Of a DNA stretch of 64,000 bases, positions 44,971 through 55,785 are shown piece by piece. A model generated the notes under the pieces. It was not told where the DNA came from. It searched no databases and was given only the letters and a program-made list of their open reading frames with translations. Origin of the DNA: an uncultured Gemmatimonadales bacterium (lineage in GTDB: Bacteria; Gemmatimonadota; Gemmatimonadetes; Longimicrobiales; Gaopeijiaceae); NCBI GenBank assembly GCA_963823035.1, contig CAWGKG010000004.1, positions 64,001-128,000 on the forward strand, in the 5' to 3' direction. The position numbers were made by a program, and so were the translations under genes. How positions within the stretch are numbered: the first letter of the stretch is position 1; each line of letters starts with the position of its first letter.

Positions 44971-47631
44971 CTACTCCGCCCTGAGCGTCTCCACGGGGTC
45001 GACCCGTCCGGCGCGGCGGGCCGGCAGCCAGCTCGCGAGCGCGGCCGTCCCGAGAAGGAGAACCGTCGCGCCCCCGAGTGCCCACGGGTCCCCGCCGCCG
45101 ACGCCCCACACAAGGCTCTCGAGGAGCCGGTTGGCCGCCCACGCGCCCACGAGCCCGACCAGCAGGCCCACCACCGCGAGGGTCACTCCGGCGCGCAGCA
45201 CCTGCGCCTGGATGCGCGCCCGCGTCGCTCCGAGCGCGAGGCGGATGCCGAGCTCGCGCCTGCGCTGACCAGCCACGTAGAGGAGCGTTCCGTACAGGCC
45301 GCCCGCGGCCAGGAGGAGCGCGATCACCCCGAAGGCGCCAAAGACGACCGACTCGAAGCGTCGCAGCGCCGTGGAGGCGTCGACCGCCTGCCGCATCGAG
45401 CGCACCGTCGGTCACCGGGAGGCTGGGCACGGCGGCCCACACCGCCGCCCGCAGGGCGGCGGGCATCGATCGGTTCGCCGAGGGGTCGACGTGCACCGCG
45501 ACCGTGGCCAGCGGGATCGGGAAGGGGAGCCGCTCCATCGGGAGGTAGAGCTGGTTGCCGATCTCCTGATCGAGACCGTAGTGGCGGGTGTCGGCCGCCA
45601 CGCCGACGACGATCGCCGGCAAGTTGGTTCAGCTTGACGGCGAGGCCCACCGCAGCCTCCGGCGTCCCGGCCATCTCGCGCGCGAGCGTGGCGTTCACCA
45701 CCATCGGCACGGGGTCCGCCCCCGCCTCGCCCTCCGTCCAACTCCGTCCGGCCACCAGCTCCACGCCGAGCGTCGCGAAGTAGTCGTCGCTGACCGGGTG
45801 GATCATGGAGTCGAGGGAACGGTCCTCCTCCCGTCCTGGTAGCGCGGCGCGCGAGCCCCAGCAGCACCGTGAGCCGCCCACGCGGTCCATGGGCACGGTC
45901 AGCCCGTACGCCGCGTCGCGCACGCCGGGGACCGACCTCACCTCGCGCAGGACGGCCTCCATCGTCTGGAGGTACTCGGCGGGGGTGTCGGGCTGGGGAA
46001 GGTTGAGCGGGACCGTCCAGACGTCGGCGACGGCGAAGCCCGGATCCTGCGCGCGCACGGCGAGGAAGCTCCGCAGGAGGAGCCCGGCGCCCGCCACCAG
46101 CACGAGGGACAGGGCCACCTCGCCGGCCACGAGCGTGCTGCGCAGGAGGCTGACCCCGCGGCCCGAGGTGGCCGAGCGGCCCGACAGGCGCAGCTCGTCG
46201 GCCAGCTCGTGGCGCACGGAGCGGAGCGCGGGGAGGAGGCCGAACACGAGCGACGTGAAGATCGAAACCGCGATCGCGAAGCCGAGCACCTGGAGGTCGA
46301 CCGCCACGGTGGCCTGGCGCGGAAGGGCCGTCGGGTTGAGCGCGACGAAGGCGCGGATCCCGCCCCAGGCCAACGCGCGACCCGAGGAGCCCGCCCGCCA
46401 GTCCCACCACCAGGCTCTCCACCAGGAGCTGGGCGGCGAGCGTCAGGGTGTCGGCGCCGAGCGCGCGCCGCACGGCCATCTCCCGCGTCCGTCCGAGCCC
46501 GCGCGCCAGGAAGAGGTTGGCGACGTTGGCGCACGCGACCAGCAGGAGGAGGCTCACCGCACCCATCAGGAGCCCGAGCCCCGTGCGCACGCCGCGTACC
46601 GTCTTCTCGGCGAGCGTCACGACCGGGACGTCCCGCGGCGTGCCGTCACGCTTGCGGTAGTTCTGGTGCACGTCCGCCATGCGCGCCAGGAGCGCGTCCA
46701 CCGCGTCCTGCACGGCCTCGCGCCGCACGCCGGGTGCCAGCCGTCCGGCGACCTCGAGCACGTGGTAGGTGTGTTCCTGCAGCTCCTCGGACGACCAGTC
46801 CAGCGGTCGCCAGACGTCGACGCGGCGGCCGACCAGTTGCTCGGGCGGCGTGAACGCGTCTTCCATGATCCCCACCACGGTGACCGCCGTGCCGTCCAGC
46901 TCGATGCTCCGTCCGACCACCGAGGGGTCCGCGCCGAAGACGCGCCGCCACGTGCCCGCGTCGAGCACGCCCACCTCCGGGCCCCCGAAGTCCTCGGGCT
47001 CCAGCAGGCGCCCACGCTGCGCGTGCGCGCCGAAGAGGTCGAAGAAGTCCCTCGAGATGCGCGCCTGTTCGATGCGGAGCGGATCTCCCTCTCCGACGAG
47101 GTTGATCCGGTCGGACCACGCGCCGGCCCACTCCTCGACACCGGAGACGGTGGGCAGCTCCCGGAAGAGAGGGCCCTGGAACGAGCCGTGGTCCAGCGTG
47201 ATCAGCCGGTCGGCGGCCGGGTAGGGGAGCGGTCGCAGGAGCACGTGGTCGACGAGCGTGAAGATCGTCGTCACCGCGCCGACGCCGACCGCCACCAGCA
47301 GGATCGACGTCAGCGAGAACGCCGGCGCCTTGCGCAACGAGCGCAGCGCGTACCGGAGATTGCGGATTCCCATGCCCCCCCTCCCGTGTCCGTGAACGTT
47401 GGCCGAGGTGCGTATCACCCCCGTGAACTCCAACCACTCCACCATCAGCACGCCCACCAGCGCGGCGAGGCTCCGCGCGGTCAGCAAGCACCTCCGCGCC
47501 GACCCCGGGGCGTCTGCGCGTAGCTCGGCGAACGCCTGCTCCATCTCGGCGCGGTCCTCGCGCAGGTCGGGCGGGAGGAGGCGCGCGAGCGCGCCGTAGA
47601 GCGCGACCGAGACGGGTCGCCGACGGGTCAT
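44971..47631 (-). CDS. ADOP-type permease (frameshifts near 46380, 45620 and 45410)
   Basis: NLRYALRSLRKAPAF; VACANVANLFLAR; RRRELGIRLALGA; RVDPVETLRAE. Confidence 0.85.
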
Positions 47632-47952
47632 CTCCCCCTCGCCACCGCCGGGCGCGCCTGCGCCAGGAGACGCTCCAGACGCTCCACCTCGGCCCGCAGG
47701 ATCATCCGCCCGGGTCGGGTGATGCGGTGCGTGCGTCGCCGCTCGTCGGTGTCGTCGGCCTCCTCGATCCAGCCGAGGTCGCGCATGCGGCGCAGCACCC
47801 GGTAGAGGTTCGCCGGGTCGAGGAGCACCCCCGACGAGGAGCGGGCCTCGACGGCCTTGATGAGCCCGTAGCCGTGCAGCGGGCCCTTCCGCCAGCACGG
47901 CGAGGATGAGGAGGTCGCGGGGCGCCAGGGGGAGGTGGTCGGTGGGGTTCAT
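47628..47952 (-). CDS. PadR-family regulator (frameshift near 47880)
   Basis: LLILAVLAEGP-HGYGLIK...PANLYRVLRRM...ERRRTHRIT; overlaps the permease start. Confidence 0.82.
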
Positions 47953-47957
47953 GTCGC

Positions 47958-47992
47958 TATCGGTAGAGTGACAGAGTGTCAATCTACAGATA
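47958..47992. promoter_or_regulatory. Palindromic PadR operator candidate
   Basis: TATCg-GTAGA-g-TGACA-gag-TGTCA-a-TCTAC-aGATA directly before the padR ATG. Confidence 0.6.
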
Positions 47993-48064
47993 ACAGACCC
48001 GACGATCCTGTAAAGGGTTGCATGGCACGCTTCCCTCCCGGGGGGGGGAGGCGGCCAGCAGCGC

Positions 48065-48117
48065 GGCTCGGGCGCGTATCGTCTTGGCGAGGGCGGCGCG
48101 CGGAGCGTCGATCCTCC
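48065..48117 (+). repeat. 53-bp imperfect direct repeat, copy A
   Basis: 47/53 identical to 48626-48678 by manual alignment. Confidence 0.85.
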
Positions 48118-48625
48118 GGAGTCGAGCCCCATGTACGAAATGCCGAAATCGACGTGCACCAGATCGCCCGGCTGGATCACCGACGTCCTCGGTCGCGACG
48201 GCCAGGAAGCCCGCGCGAGCCGACCTCGGCCATCCCGTGGCGCTGGACGCGCAGGTCCGGCTGGAACCAGGTGCCGACCCCGCGCTCCCCGAGCGCGTCG
48301 TAGAGAAAGCGGCGCACATCGCCCACCGTGGTGACGCCGGGCTCGACCACCTGGGAGGAGAGCGCCCTCCGGGTGATCCACTCGGTGAGCGCGACGAGCC
48401 GGGCGTAGTGCTCGCGCTCCTCGGGGATGCGCGTCGCCAGGTACTCCTCGATCAGCGGCGCGGCGCTCGTGAACCGGCGCTCGGCCTCCGGCCCCATGGC
48501 GTCGGCGAGGAAACGGTACGCGTCGTGGCCGAGGCTCCGCGTCACGCCCCGGGCGCCCCCGATCCCCAGGCCGATCGCGCTGCGGGTGGTACGTGTCCCA
48601 CAGCTCGCGGAGCACATCCTCCGCG
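48118..48625 (-). pseudogene. Internal fragment of an M24 (Xaa-Pro) peptidase
   Basis: VVEPGVTTVGDVRR...WFQPDLRVQR...IQPGDLVHVDFGISYMGLD; no N-terminus and no catalytic C-terminal half. Confidence 0.7.
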
Positions 48626-48678
48626 GGCTCGGGCGCGTGTCGTCTTGTCGTGGACGGCGCGCAGAGCGACGATCCTCC
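48626..48678 (+). repeat. 53-bp imperfect direct repeat, copy B
   Basis: Partner of 48065-48117. Confidence 0.85.
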
Positions 48679-48706
48679 CTTCGCCCAAACCGCTCAGGGA
48701 GACTCC

Positions 48707-51015
48707 GTGACACTCACCCACGCATCCTGCATGCGCGTCGCAGCGCTGTGGACGGCCGTCGCCCTTTGGGGAGGGGCCGATGCGGGCTTCACTGCGTCGT
48801 AGCGCTCGGCGGCTCGCCGGTGACGGTCCGGCGCGGCGCAGTCGACGGACGAGACGGACGGCCGCCGCCGCCGGCCGGTGCGGTGACGCCGATCGACGTG
48901 GAGACGGCACCCCGGCCGGAGGCGCGGGCGACGCGCACGGACGCGCGCATCACGATCGACGGGATCCCCGACGAGGCCGCCTGGGCGGAAGCCGAGGAGA
49001 TCTCCGGCTTCATCCAGACCGTTCCGAGCACGGGGATGCCGGCTACCGAGCGCACGGTCGTACGCGTGCTCTACGACCGGGAGCGCCTGTACATCTCCGC
49101 GGTGTGCTACGACTCGGACATGAACGGCCTCATCGTGCCGAGCCTCGAGCAGGACTTCGAGACGCACGACTCCGACATGTTCGGCGTGACGATCGACACG
49201 TACCTCGACCGCCGGAACGCCTTCATGTTCCTCTTCAACCCGGGCGGCGCGATCAAGGACGGGCAGGTCTTCGACAACAGCCGGAACTACAACCTGCCGT
49301 GGGAAGGGGTGATGGAGTGGAAGGTGGCCCTCCTCGACTCGGCGTGGACCGTCGAGATGGCGATTCCCTTCACCACGTTGCGCTTCGCCGAGACCGACGG
49401 CGAGCAGGACTGGGGCTTCCAGTTCTCGCGGCGCATCCGGCGCAAGAACGAGGACACGTACTGGGCGCCACTCGCACGCCGCGAGCTGATCCACAAGATG
49501 TCGCGGGCCGGGACCATCCACGGGTTCCAGGGGCTGCGCGCGGGGCGGAACTTCTCGGTGAAGCCCTACGCCACCGCCTCCGACGCCTCCGGGTCGCTCA
49601 CCAGCAGCGGCGCGGGCGACTCGGGCTTCGACGGAGGCTTCGACGTCAAGTGGGGGATCACGCCGCGCATGACGGCGGACGCGACCTTCCGCACCGACTT
49701 CAGCCAGGTGGAGGTGGACCAGGAGCGGGTGAACCTGACACGGTTCAGCCTCTTCTTCCCGGAGAAGCGTGACTTCTTTCTGGAGAACGCGGGCACGTTC
49801 ACCTTCGGCGACGTCACGGAGCGCAACGTGCGCATGGGCTCGTCGCTCTCCGACTTCACGCTCTTCCACTCGCGCCGGATCGGGCTGGACGACGACGGCC
49901 TTCCGATCCCCATCCTCGGCGGTGGGCGCCTCACGGGACAGGCGGGGGCGTGGAACGTGGGGCTGTTGGAGATGCAGACGCGCGCCCGCCGCGGCTACCC
50001 CGCGGAGAACTTCGCCGTCGCGCGCGTACGCCGGAACGTCCTCGGCGACTCCGACGTCGGCGCGATCCTGGTGAACCGCCAGTCGACCGACGGGGCGGGG
50101 ACGTTCAACCGAAGCTACGGAGTGGACGCCAACCTGCACCTGCTCGGCTACCTGCTGGTGAACTCCTACCTGGCCGGCACGGACGACAGCGGCGCGCCCG
50201 CCGGCGACCGTTGGGCCGGCCGCCTGTCCGTGGCGTGGCGCGACCGGCTATGGGACGTGTCCACCTTCGTGAAGCAGGTGGGCGCGGCCTTCGACCCTGG
50301 CGTCGGCTTCGTGCAGCGCGCGGGCATCCGGGAGACCTACGCCACCGTGGGCGCGCATCCGGTCCCGGCCATCCCGAAGGTCCAGGAGCTGAACCCGTAC
50401 GGGGAGATCGCCTACGTCACGGACCCGGACGGCGGGCTGCTGACACGGATGGCGACGGCCGGGATCGGCGTGGACTTCCGCGACGGAGGCTCGTTCAAGG
50501 CGTCGTACACGGACCGCTTCGAGCGTCTCGAGGAGGACTTCGGCGTGCGCGCGGGCGCCACGGTGCCCGCGGGCGACTACGGCTTCGCGGAGAGCAAGGT
50601 GTCCTACCAGTCGAGCGCGGGTCGACACTTCTCGGGGAGCGTACAGGTCACTTCGGGCGGCTACTTCTCCGGCGACCGCACCTCGGTGGGGCTGGGCGCG
50701 CTATGGCGGGTGAACCAGCACCTCGCCTTCGACCTCTTCGCGGACCGCAACCAGATCACGCTGCCCGAGGCGTCCTTCACGGCGGACGTCTACGGCGGCC
50801 GCCTGAACTGGGCGCTGTCCACGCGCTTCTTCACGACGGCGTTCGTGCAGTACAACGCGCAGAGCGACGTGGTGTTCACGAACCTGCGCGTGAACTTCAT
50901 CCACGCGCCGCTCTCGGACCTCTTCCTCGTCTACACGGAGCGGCGCCGGACGGGCGGCGGGGGCGTGATCGACCGGCTGGTGAGCTTCAAGGTCACCAAG
51001 CTGGTGTCGTTCTGA
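48707..51015 (+). CDS. CBM9-like plus DUF5916 outer-membrane protein (start uncertain, early frameshift)
   Basis: IDGIPDEAAW, WTVEMAIPF, DFSQVEVD...NLTRFSLFFPEKRDFFLE, LFHSRRIG; ends in a beta-strand with terminal F. Confidence 0.8.
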
Positions 51016-51044
51016 GCGTAGCGCCGCAGATCGATGTCGGAGGG

Positions 51045-52133
51045 CTACGCCGTCGGGCTCATGGTGTAGCCGAGCCAGGTGAGCACGAGGATGTACGCCA
51101 GAGCGGCGAGCGTGAGCCAGGTCCAGAGCGGCTTCGGCTTCTGCCCCGGAGCCGGTCGGTCCAGGAAGGGGATGAACAGAAGGACCATGCCCACCAGCCC
51201 GAAGGCGACGACGCCCACGAGGTCGCCGTCGATGCCCAGGATCTTGCTGGGGAGGTACTTCAGCGTCTGGAACATGAACATGAAGTACCACTCGGGACGG
51301 ATCCCCGCGGGCGCGGCGGCGAAGGGGTCGGCCTTCTCCCCGAGGTGCGCGGGCACGAGGGCCGCCATGGCCGACAGGATCGCCAACGCCGCCAGCCAAC
51401 CCATGAGGTCGCGCATGAAGAAGCTGGGGAAGAACTTCATCGTGCGCAGCGGGCGACCTTCGGCCTCCACGCTCGGCGGAACGCTCATCCCGAGGCGCTG
51501 GACCAGGAGGACGTGCACGGTCACCAGGAGGAACGCGATGGCCGGGAGCACCGAGATGTGGAACATGTAGAAGCGCGTCAGCGTCGCGCCCGAGACGTCG
51601 TCGCCTCCACGCAGCAACGTCCTTATGAACGGACCCACCACCGGCGTCACACCCGGGATCTCCGTGCCGACGCGGGTCGCGAAGAAGGCGAGCTCGTTCC
51701 AGGGCAGCAGGTACCCGGTGAAGCCCAGCCCGAGGGCGACGAAGAGGAGCAACACGCCGGTGATCCAGGTCAGCTCACGCGGCTTCCGGTAGGCCTTCAG
51801 GAGCAGCACGCTGAAGAGGTGCACGAAGGCCATGAAGATCATGAGGTTGGCACCCCAGGAGTGGATGGAGCGCACCAACCACCCGAACCGCACCTCGGAC
51901 ATGAGGAATTGCACCGACTCGAAGGCTCCCTCCGAGCTGGGCCGGTAGTACAGGAGCAGGAGGATCCCCGTGCCCACCTGCAGGAAGAAGAGGAAGAGCG
52001 CCATGCCGCCGAGGTAGTACCAGAAGGAGTGCTTGTGGATGGGCACCTCCTTCTTGCGCATCAAGGGGAGGATCGCGCTGAAGCCGAGACGGGTGTCCAG
52101 CCAGCGGAGGACCCCCCTCACCATCTCCTTCAC
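51045..52133 (-). CDS. petB: Cytochrome b of a Rieske/cytb complex (b6 plus subunit IV fused)
   Basis: [11 protein letters not shown]...VHL, GYLLPW, FHISVLP...VH, PEWY. Confidence 0.92.
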   Translation of the reverse strand: MKEMVRGVLRWLDTRLGFSAILPLMRKKEVPIHKHSFWYYLGGMALFLFFLQVGTGILLLLYYRPSSEGAFESVQFLMSEVRFGWLVRSIHSWGANLMIFMAFVHLFSVLLLKAYRKPRELTWITGVLLLFVALGLGFTGYLLPWNELAFFATRVGTEIPGVTPVVGPFIRTLLRGGDDVSGATLTRFYMFHISVLPAIAFLLVTVHVLLVQRLGMSVPPSVEAEGRPLRTMKFFPSFFMRDLMGWLAALAILSAMAALVPAHLGEKADPFAAAPAGIRPEWYFMFMFQTLKYLPSKILGIDGDLVGVVAFGLVGMVLLFIPFLDRPAPGQKPKPLWTWLTLAALAYILVLTWLGYTMSPTA

Positions 52134-52612
52134 GCCGACACGCTCACGACGATCTGGTCGCCGCGCACATTGACGTCATAGGGTGTGAGCGGGCGGGGCG
52201 GCGGACCCTCGATGTTGCGGCCGCTCTGGTCGTAGTGGCCGTTGTGGCAGGCACACCAGATCTGATGCAGGTCGTCGCGGTACTGCACCGTGCAGTCCAG
52301 ATGCGTGCAGCGGGCGGAAAAGGCGCGCAATTCTCCCGAGTCGGTGCGGATCAGGATGCCCGGTTTGCTCCCGAACCTGAAGATGCGACCCGAGTTGTTG
52401 GGCATCTCGGCCGGGGTGAAGGCCAGCGCCACCGAGCTGACCGCTGACTCCGCCACTTTGGGCGGGACGATGTAGCGCGTTATCGGATAGAGCACCGCCG
52501 CGAGCAGGCCTCCCGCGCTCGTTCCGAGCAACCAGTTGAGGAAGCGCTTGCGACTGAACCCGCGCGGGCGCTCGCCGGAAGGGCTCCCCGCCGATCCCTT
52601 TCCCTGAGTCAT
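52130..52612 (-). CDS. petA: Rieske [2Fe-2S] subunit with Tat-like signal/anchor
   Basis: [27 protein letters not shown]. Confidence 0.92.
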   Translation of the reverse strand: MTQGKGSAGSPSGERPRGFSRKRFLNWLLGTSAGGLLAAVLYPITRYIVPPKVAESAVSSVALAFTPAEMPNNSGRIFRFGSKPGILIRTDSGELRAFSARCTHLDCTVQYRDDLHQIWCACHNGHYDQSGRNIEGPPPRPLTPYDVNVRGDQIVVSVSA

Positions 52613-52614
52613 CG

Positions 52615-54358
52615 TTATCGGTCTCCTTTCTTTCCGCCAGGGCTCCGAGTGGCGTACGCGTCGACGTTGCGTCGTGCGGCGGCGAGCTCGCTACGCTCCA
52701 CGTGCAGGAGCTTCGCGAGCGCTTCGAACAACACCACCTCGTGGCGCGCGAGGTCGTCGTCGGAGTACACGAGGAGCCATACCTCCTCGAGCAGGACGCG
52801 CATCTGCTCTTCCGTGTACGCCTCGGACATCAACGCCGAAAGGCGGCCGTTCTCCACGGGCTCCGTTCGAATGCGCGCCACCACGTCGAGGAGGCGCTCG
52901 GCGGCGCTGGGCGCCAGCCCGTACTCGCGCTGCACCAGCGATACCAGGTGCCGGCGGTCCTCGTCCGACAGCGCCGCGGAGGCCTCGAGGAGCGCGGCGC
53001 TCGCGGCGAGACGGAGGTGCTCTCCCGCGGGCAACGGTCGATCACCGGCCTTCAGCTCCTGCTCGAAGTAGGCCCGGCAGGCACCCAGAATCTCCTCGGC
53101 CCGTGCCTCGTTGTCGCGCATCTTCATGAAGATGGCGGCGATGAGCAGGAGGATGATGCCGGCCGAGATCGCCAGACCCACGCGCCGGAAGCTGTGCTCC
53201 TCCATCGCCGCGTCGCCCTGCTGCAGACCGGATGCGGCCACCGCGAGCCCGGCGTCCACCACGGTTTTGACCGAATCCAGATGGAACGAGTGGATCGCGG
53301 CACGCGCCTTGGTGATGTCGGTGTTCACGTTGTCGAGCTCGAAGAGATCCTGGCTCACCTCCATTCCCGCATCGCGCGCTCGGAGCAGAATGCTGCGGCT
53401 CTCCGCAGCGGACGAGGTGAGCGAGTCGAGAAGCCCCTCCATCGCCGGGAACACCTGGGCGTTCGGGTCGCCCGAGCCGTGGCATGTCGAGCAGACCTGC
53501 TTCGCGCGCGCGCCGAGGTTCGCGTCGGACGTCTTCTGGATCGCGTGGTGATCGTGGCAGGTAGCGCAGCCTGGCAGGTCGGCCTGCTCGAACACCGCGC
53601 GGTGTCCACTGCCGTCGAAGAGGTCGCCCTGGACCGCGTGGCACTGTCCGCACACGTAGCGGATCGACCCCACCCCCGGGGGCGCGGCGCCGTGGTTGCC
53701 GTGGCAGTCGTTGCACACCGGCGCGGAGAGGTCGCCCTGATCGAAGATCATGCGGCCGTGAACGCTGTTCCGGTACTTCTCGAGCTGGTCGGTTCCGAGG
53801 CCGTGGCGCGTCATGCGCTGGGGGTCGGAGTGGCACGCGCCGCACGTCTCCGGGACGTTCAGCGGGTACGTGCCCGCCGCCGGGTCGGACGGCGGCCGGA
53901 TCTGATGGACCTTGTGGCAGTCCGAGCACGTCGCGACGTCCGGGTCGTTGAGGTCCCTCAGGCGCCGCCCATGGTCCGAGGTCCAGTACTCCGTGACCTG
54001 GTCGACCCGGATGCTCGGGTTGTACTGGCGCATGAATTCGGCGTCCGAGTGGCATCGTCCGCAGAGCGCCGGAATGTCCCGGCGAGCCGGCGCGTGCAGG
54101 AACCCCGTCGTCGGGTCCATCCCTCCGTGGGCATCGGGACCGTGGCAGTCCAGGCAGCCGAACCCCTTCTCGGCGTGGATGTCGGACGGGAAGTTCCGGG
54201 CCGGGGCGGCGAGCCGTTCATCGTCCAGCCCCAGGTGGCACTGGACGCACTCCTCGGAGGTCGGCGGGGACTGGGCCCGCTAGCGGCGTGGCGAGCGCGC
54301 CGGCGAGAAAGGCGTAGGCAGTGACGTGGAGCCGGAGGCTCCGCCGCCGCCGGGTCAC
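52615..54358 (-). CDS. Nonaheme c-type cytochrome with TM anchor and C-terminal TerB-like domain (frameshift near 54278)
   Basis: Nine CxxCH (CVQCH, CLDCH, CGRCH, CSDCH, CGACH, CNDCH, CGQCH, CATCH, CSTCH), helical stalk, TM helix, then LVYSDDDLARHEVVLFEALAKLL. Confidence 0.85.
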
Positions 54359-55785
54359 GGTTCGCCACCCGGGATGCTGAGGTGGCACGGGAGACAGCTG
54401 AGGCGCCCCGCGTCTCCGAGCCGCGACGGGTCGAAGCCCGGCCCGTGCGGGTTGATGCCCGGTCCTTCCAGCGCTCCGTGGCATTGCAGGCAGTCGGACT
54501 GCGAGTGACAGGTCACGCACCCGTTCAGCCCCTGGCGGGCCGCCTGACCGTGCGCGACCACCCAGAACGGGGTCGCGTCGTGGAAGCCACCGGCGCTCCC
54601 GTCCCGCGGGGCGAGGCCCGCGGCTCCGTGACAGGCGCGGCAGAAGACCTCCTGGCTGTGGCACGACGTGCACTCGACCTCGGACGCATACGCATCCGTT
54701 CCGTGCCGGTCGACGAAGTCGGGCGGGTGGAAGCCCGGCGTGGAAGCGCCCGCGTGGCACTGTGCGCAGAAGTCCTGGGCGTGGCAGCTCGAGCAGGTGG
54801 ATCCTCCGGCGGCGGCGTCGATTCCGTGGCCGGTCTGGAACCCGCTCGGATGGACCTCGGCCGCGGCCGAGATCGGGATCCGGGCCCCGCGCGGGTCATC
54901 GCTGGGCAGAGACGGCAGCGACGCGAGGATCGCCAGGCCCCCCGCGTGACACGTGGCGCAGCTCGACCGTTCGTGGCAGTTCGCGCACGTGGCCGCGCTC
55001 TGGAGCGCCGACGCCCCGTGATTCCGCCGCCAGTCGCTCGCGTCGTGGTGCGACGGTGGGGTCGGGTACGCGGGCGGTAGCGCGGCCACGTTCTCGGCGA
55101 CCCGGGGATCCTGGGGCAGCGCCTGGATCGCGGCGACGTCGTTCCCGTTCATGTGGCAACGCGTGCAGCTCTCGCGCGCGTGGCAGACCGAGCAGGTGGC
55201 CGTCGCGCCTTCCGGAGTCGGGCCGTGGGAGGACAGGAAGCCGGTGCTGTCGTGCCAGGCGGGTTTCGGAAACGCGGCCACCGCGGCTGCGGACAGACGG
55301 CCGGCCTGGGAAACCGGGACGTGGCACTGGAGGCAATCCCGGTCGGCCGCCAGGTGCGAGTCCCCCTCGTGGCACATGAGGCAGGCATCGGGTTGGGGCG
55401 GGCCCACCGCCATCCGGCCACTCTGCTCCGGTTGCTCGTGGCACAGAGAGCACGCGCCCTGCGGGTCGCTGTCGTCCCCGGTGATGCTGAAGTGCGTCGG
55501 GTGGGAGAAGCTCATGTTGCTCGGGGGCGGCTCGGTCGGACGTGACCAGTTCACCCTCCGGATCAAGGTGCCGTCGTGACAGCCGGCACACGCCCTCGCC
55601 TCGGGGTAGATCGAACCGGCCGCGCCCGAGGCTATGCCCTCGTGACAGCCGAGGCAGGATGGGAAGAGGCCCTCGTGCCGGGAGTGGGGGAAGGTGTCGC
55701 GCGCCTGGCCGCCGACCCAGGCGGCCGCTACGAGGGCGCACAGCAGCGCCCCGACCGACGTGGACACCGCCTGCCGCGCATTCAT
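54355..55785 (-). CDS. 16-heme periplasmic c-type cytochrome
   Basis: Sec signal; 16 CxxCH motifs counted by hand. Confidence 0.9.
   Translation of the reverse strand: MNARQAVSTSVGALLCALVAAAWVGGQARDTFPHSRHEGLFPSCLGCHEGIASGAAGSIYPEARACAGCHDGTLIRRVNWSRPTEPPPSNMSFSHPTHFSITGDDSDPQGACSLCHEQPEQSGRMAVGPPQPDACLMCHEGDSHLAADRDCLQCHVPVSQAGRLSAAAVAAFPKPAWHDSTGFLSSHGPTPEGATATCSVCHARESCTRCHMNGNDVAAIQALPQDPRVAENVAALPPAYPTPPSHHDASDWRRNHGASALQSAATCANCHERSSCATCHAGGLAILASLPSLPSDDPRGARIPISAAAEVHPSGFQTGHGIDAAAGGSTCSSCHAQDFCAQCHAGASTPGFHPPDFVDRHGTDAYASEVECTSCHSQEVFCRACHGAAGLAPRDGSAGGFHDATPFWVVAHGQAARQGLNGCVTCHSQSDCLQCHGALEGPGINPHGPGFDPSRLGDAGRLSCLPCHLSIPGGEP

Noticed and set aside
48065..48678. CRISPR array or IS element
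   Set aside because: Only two repeats around a 508-bp insert; no cas, transposase, integrase or terminal inverted repeats in the window
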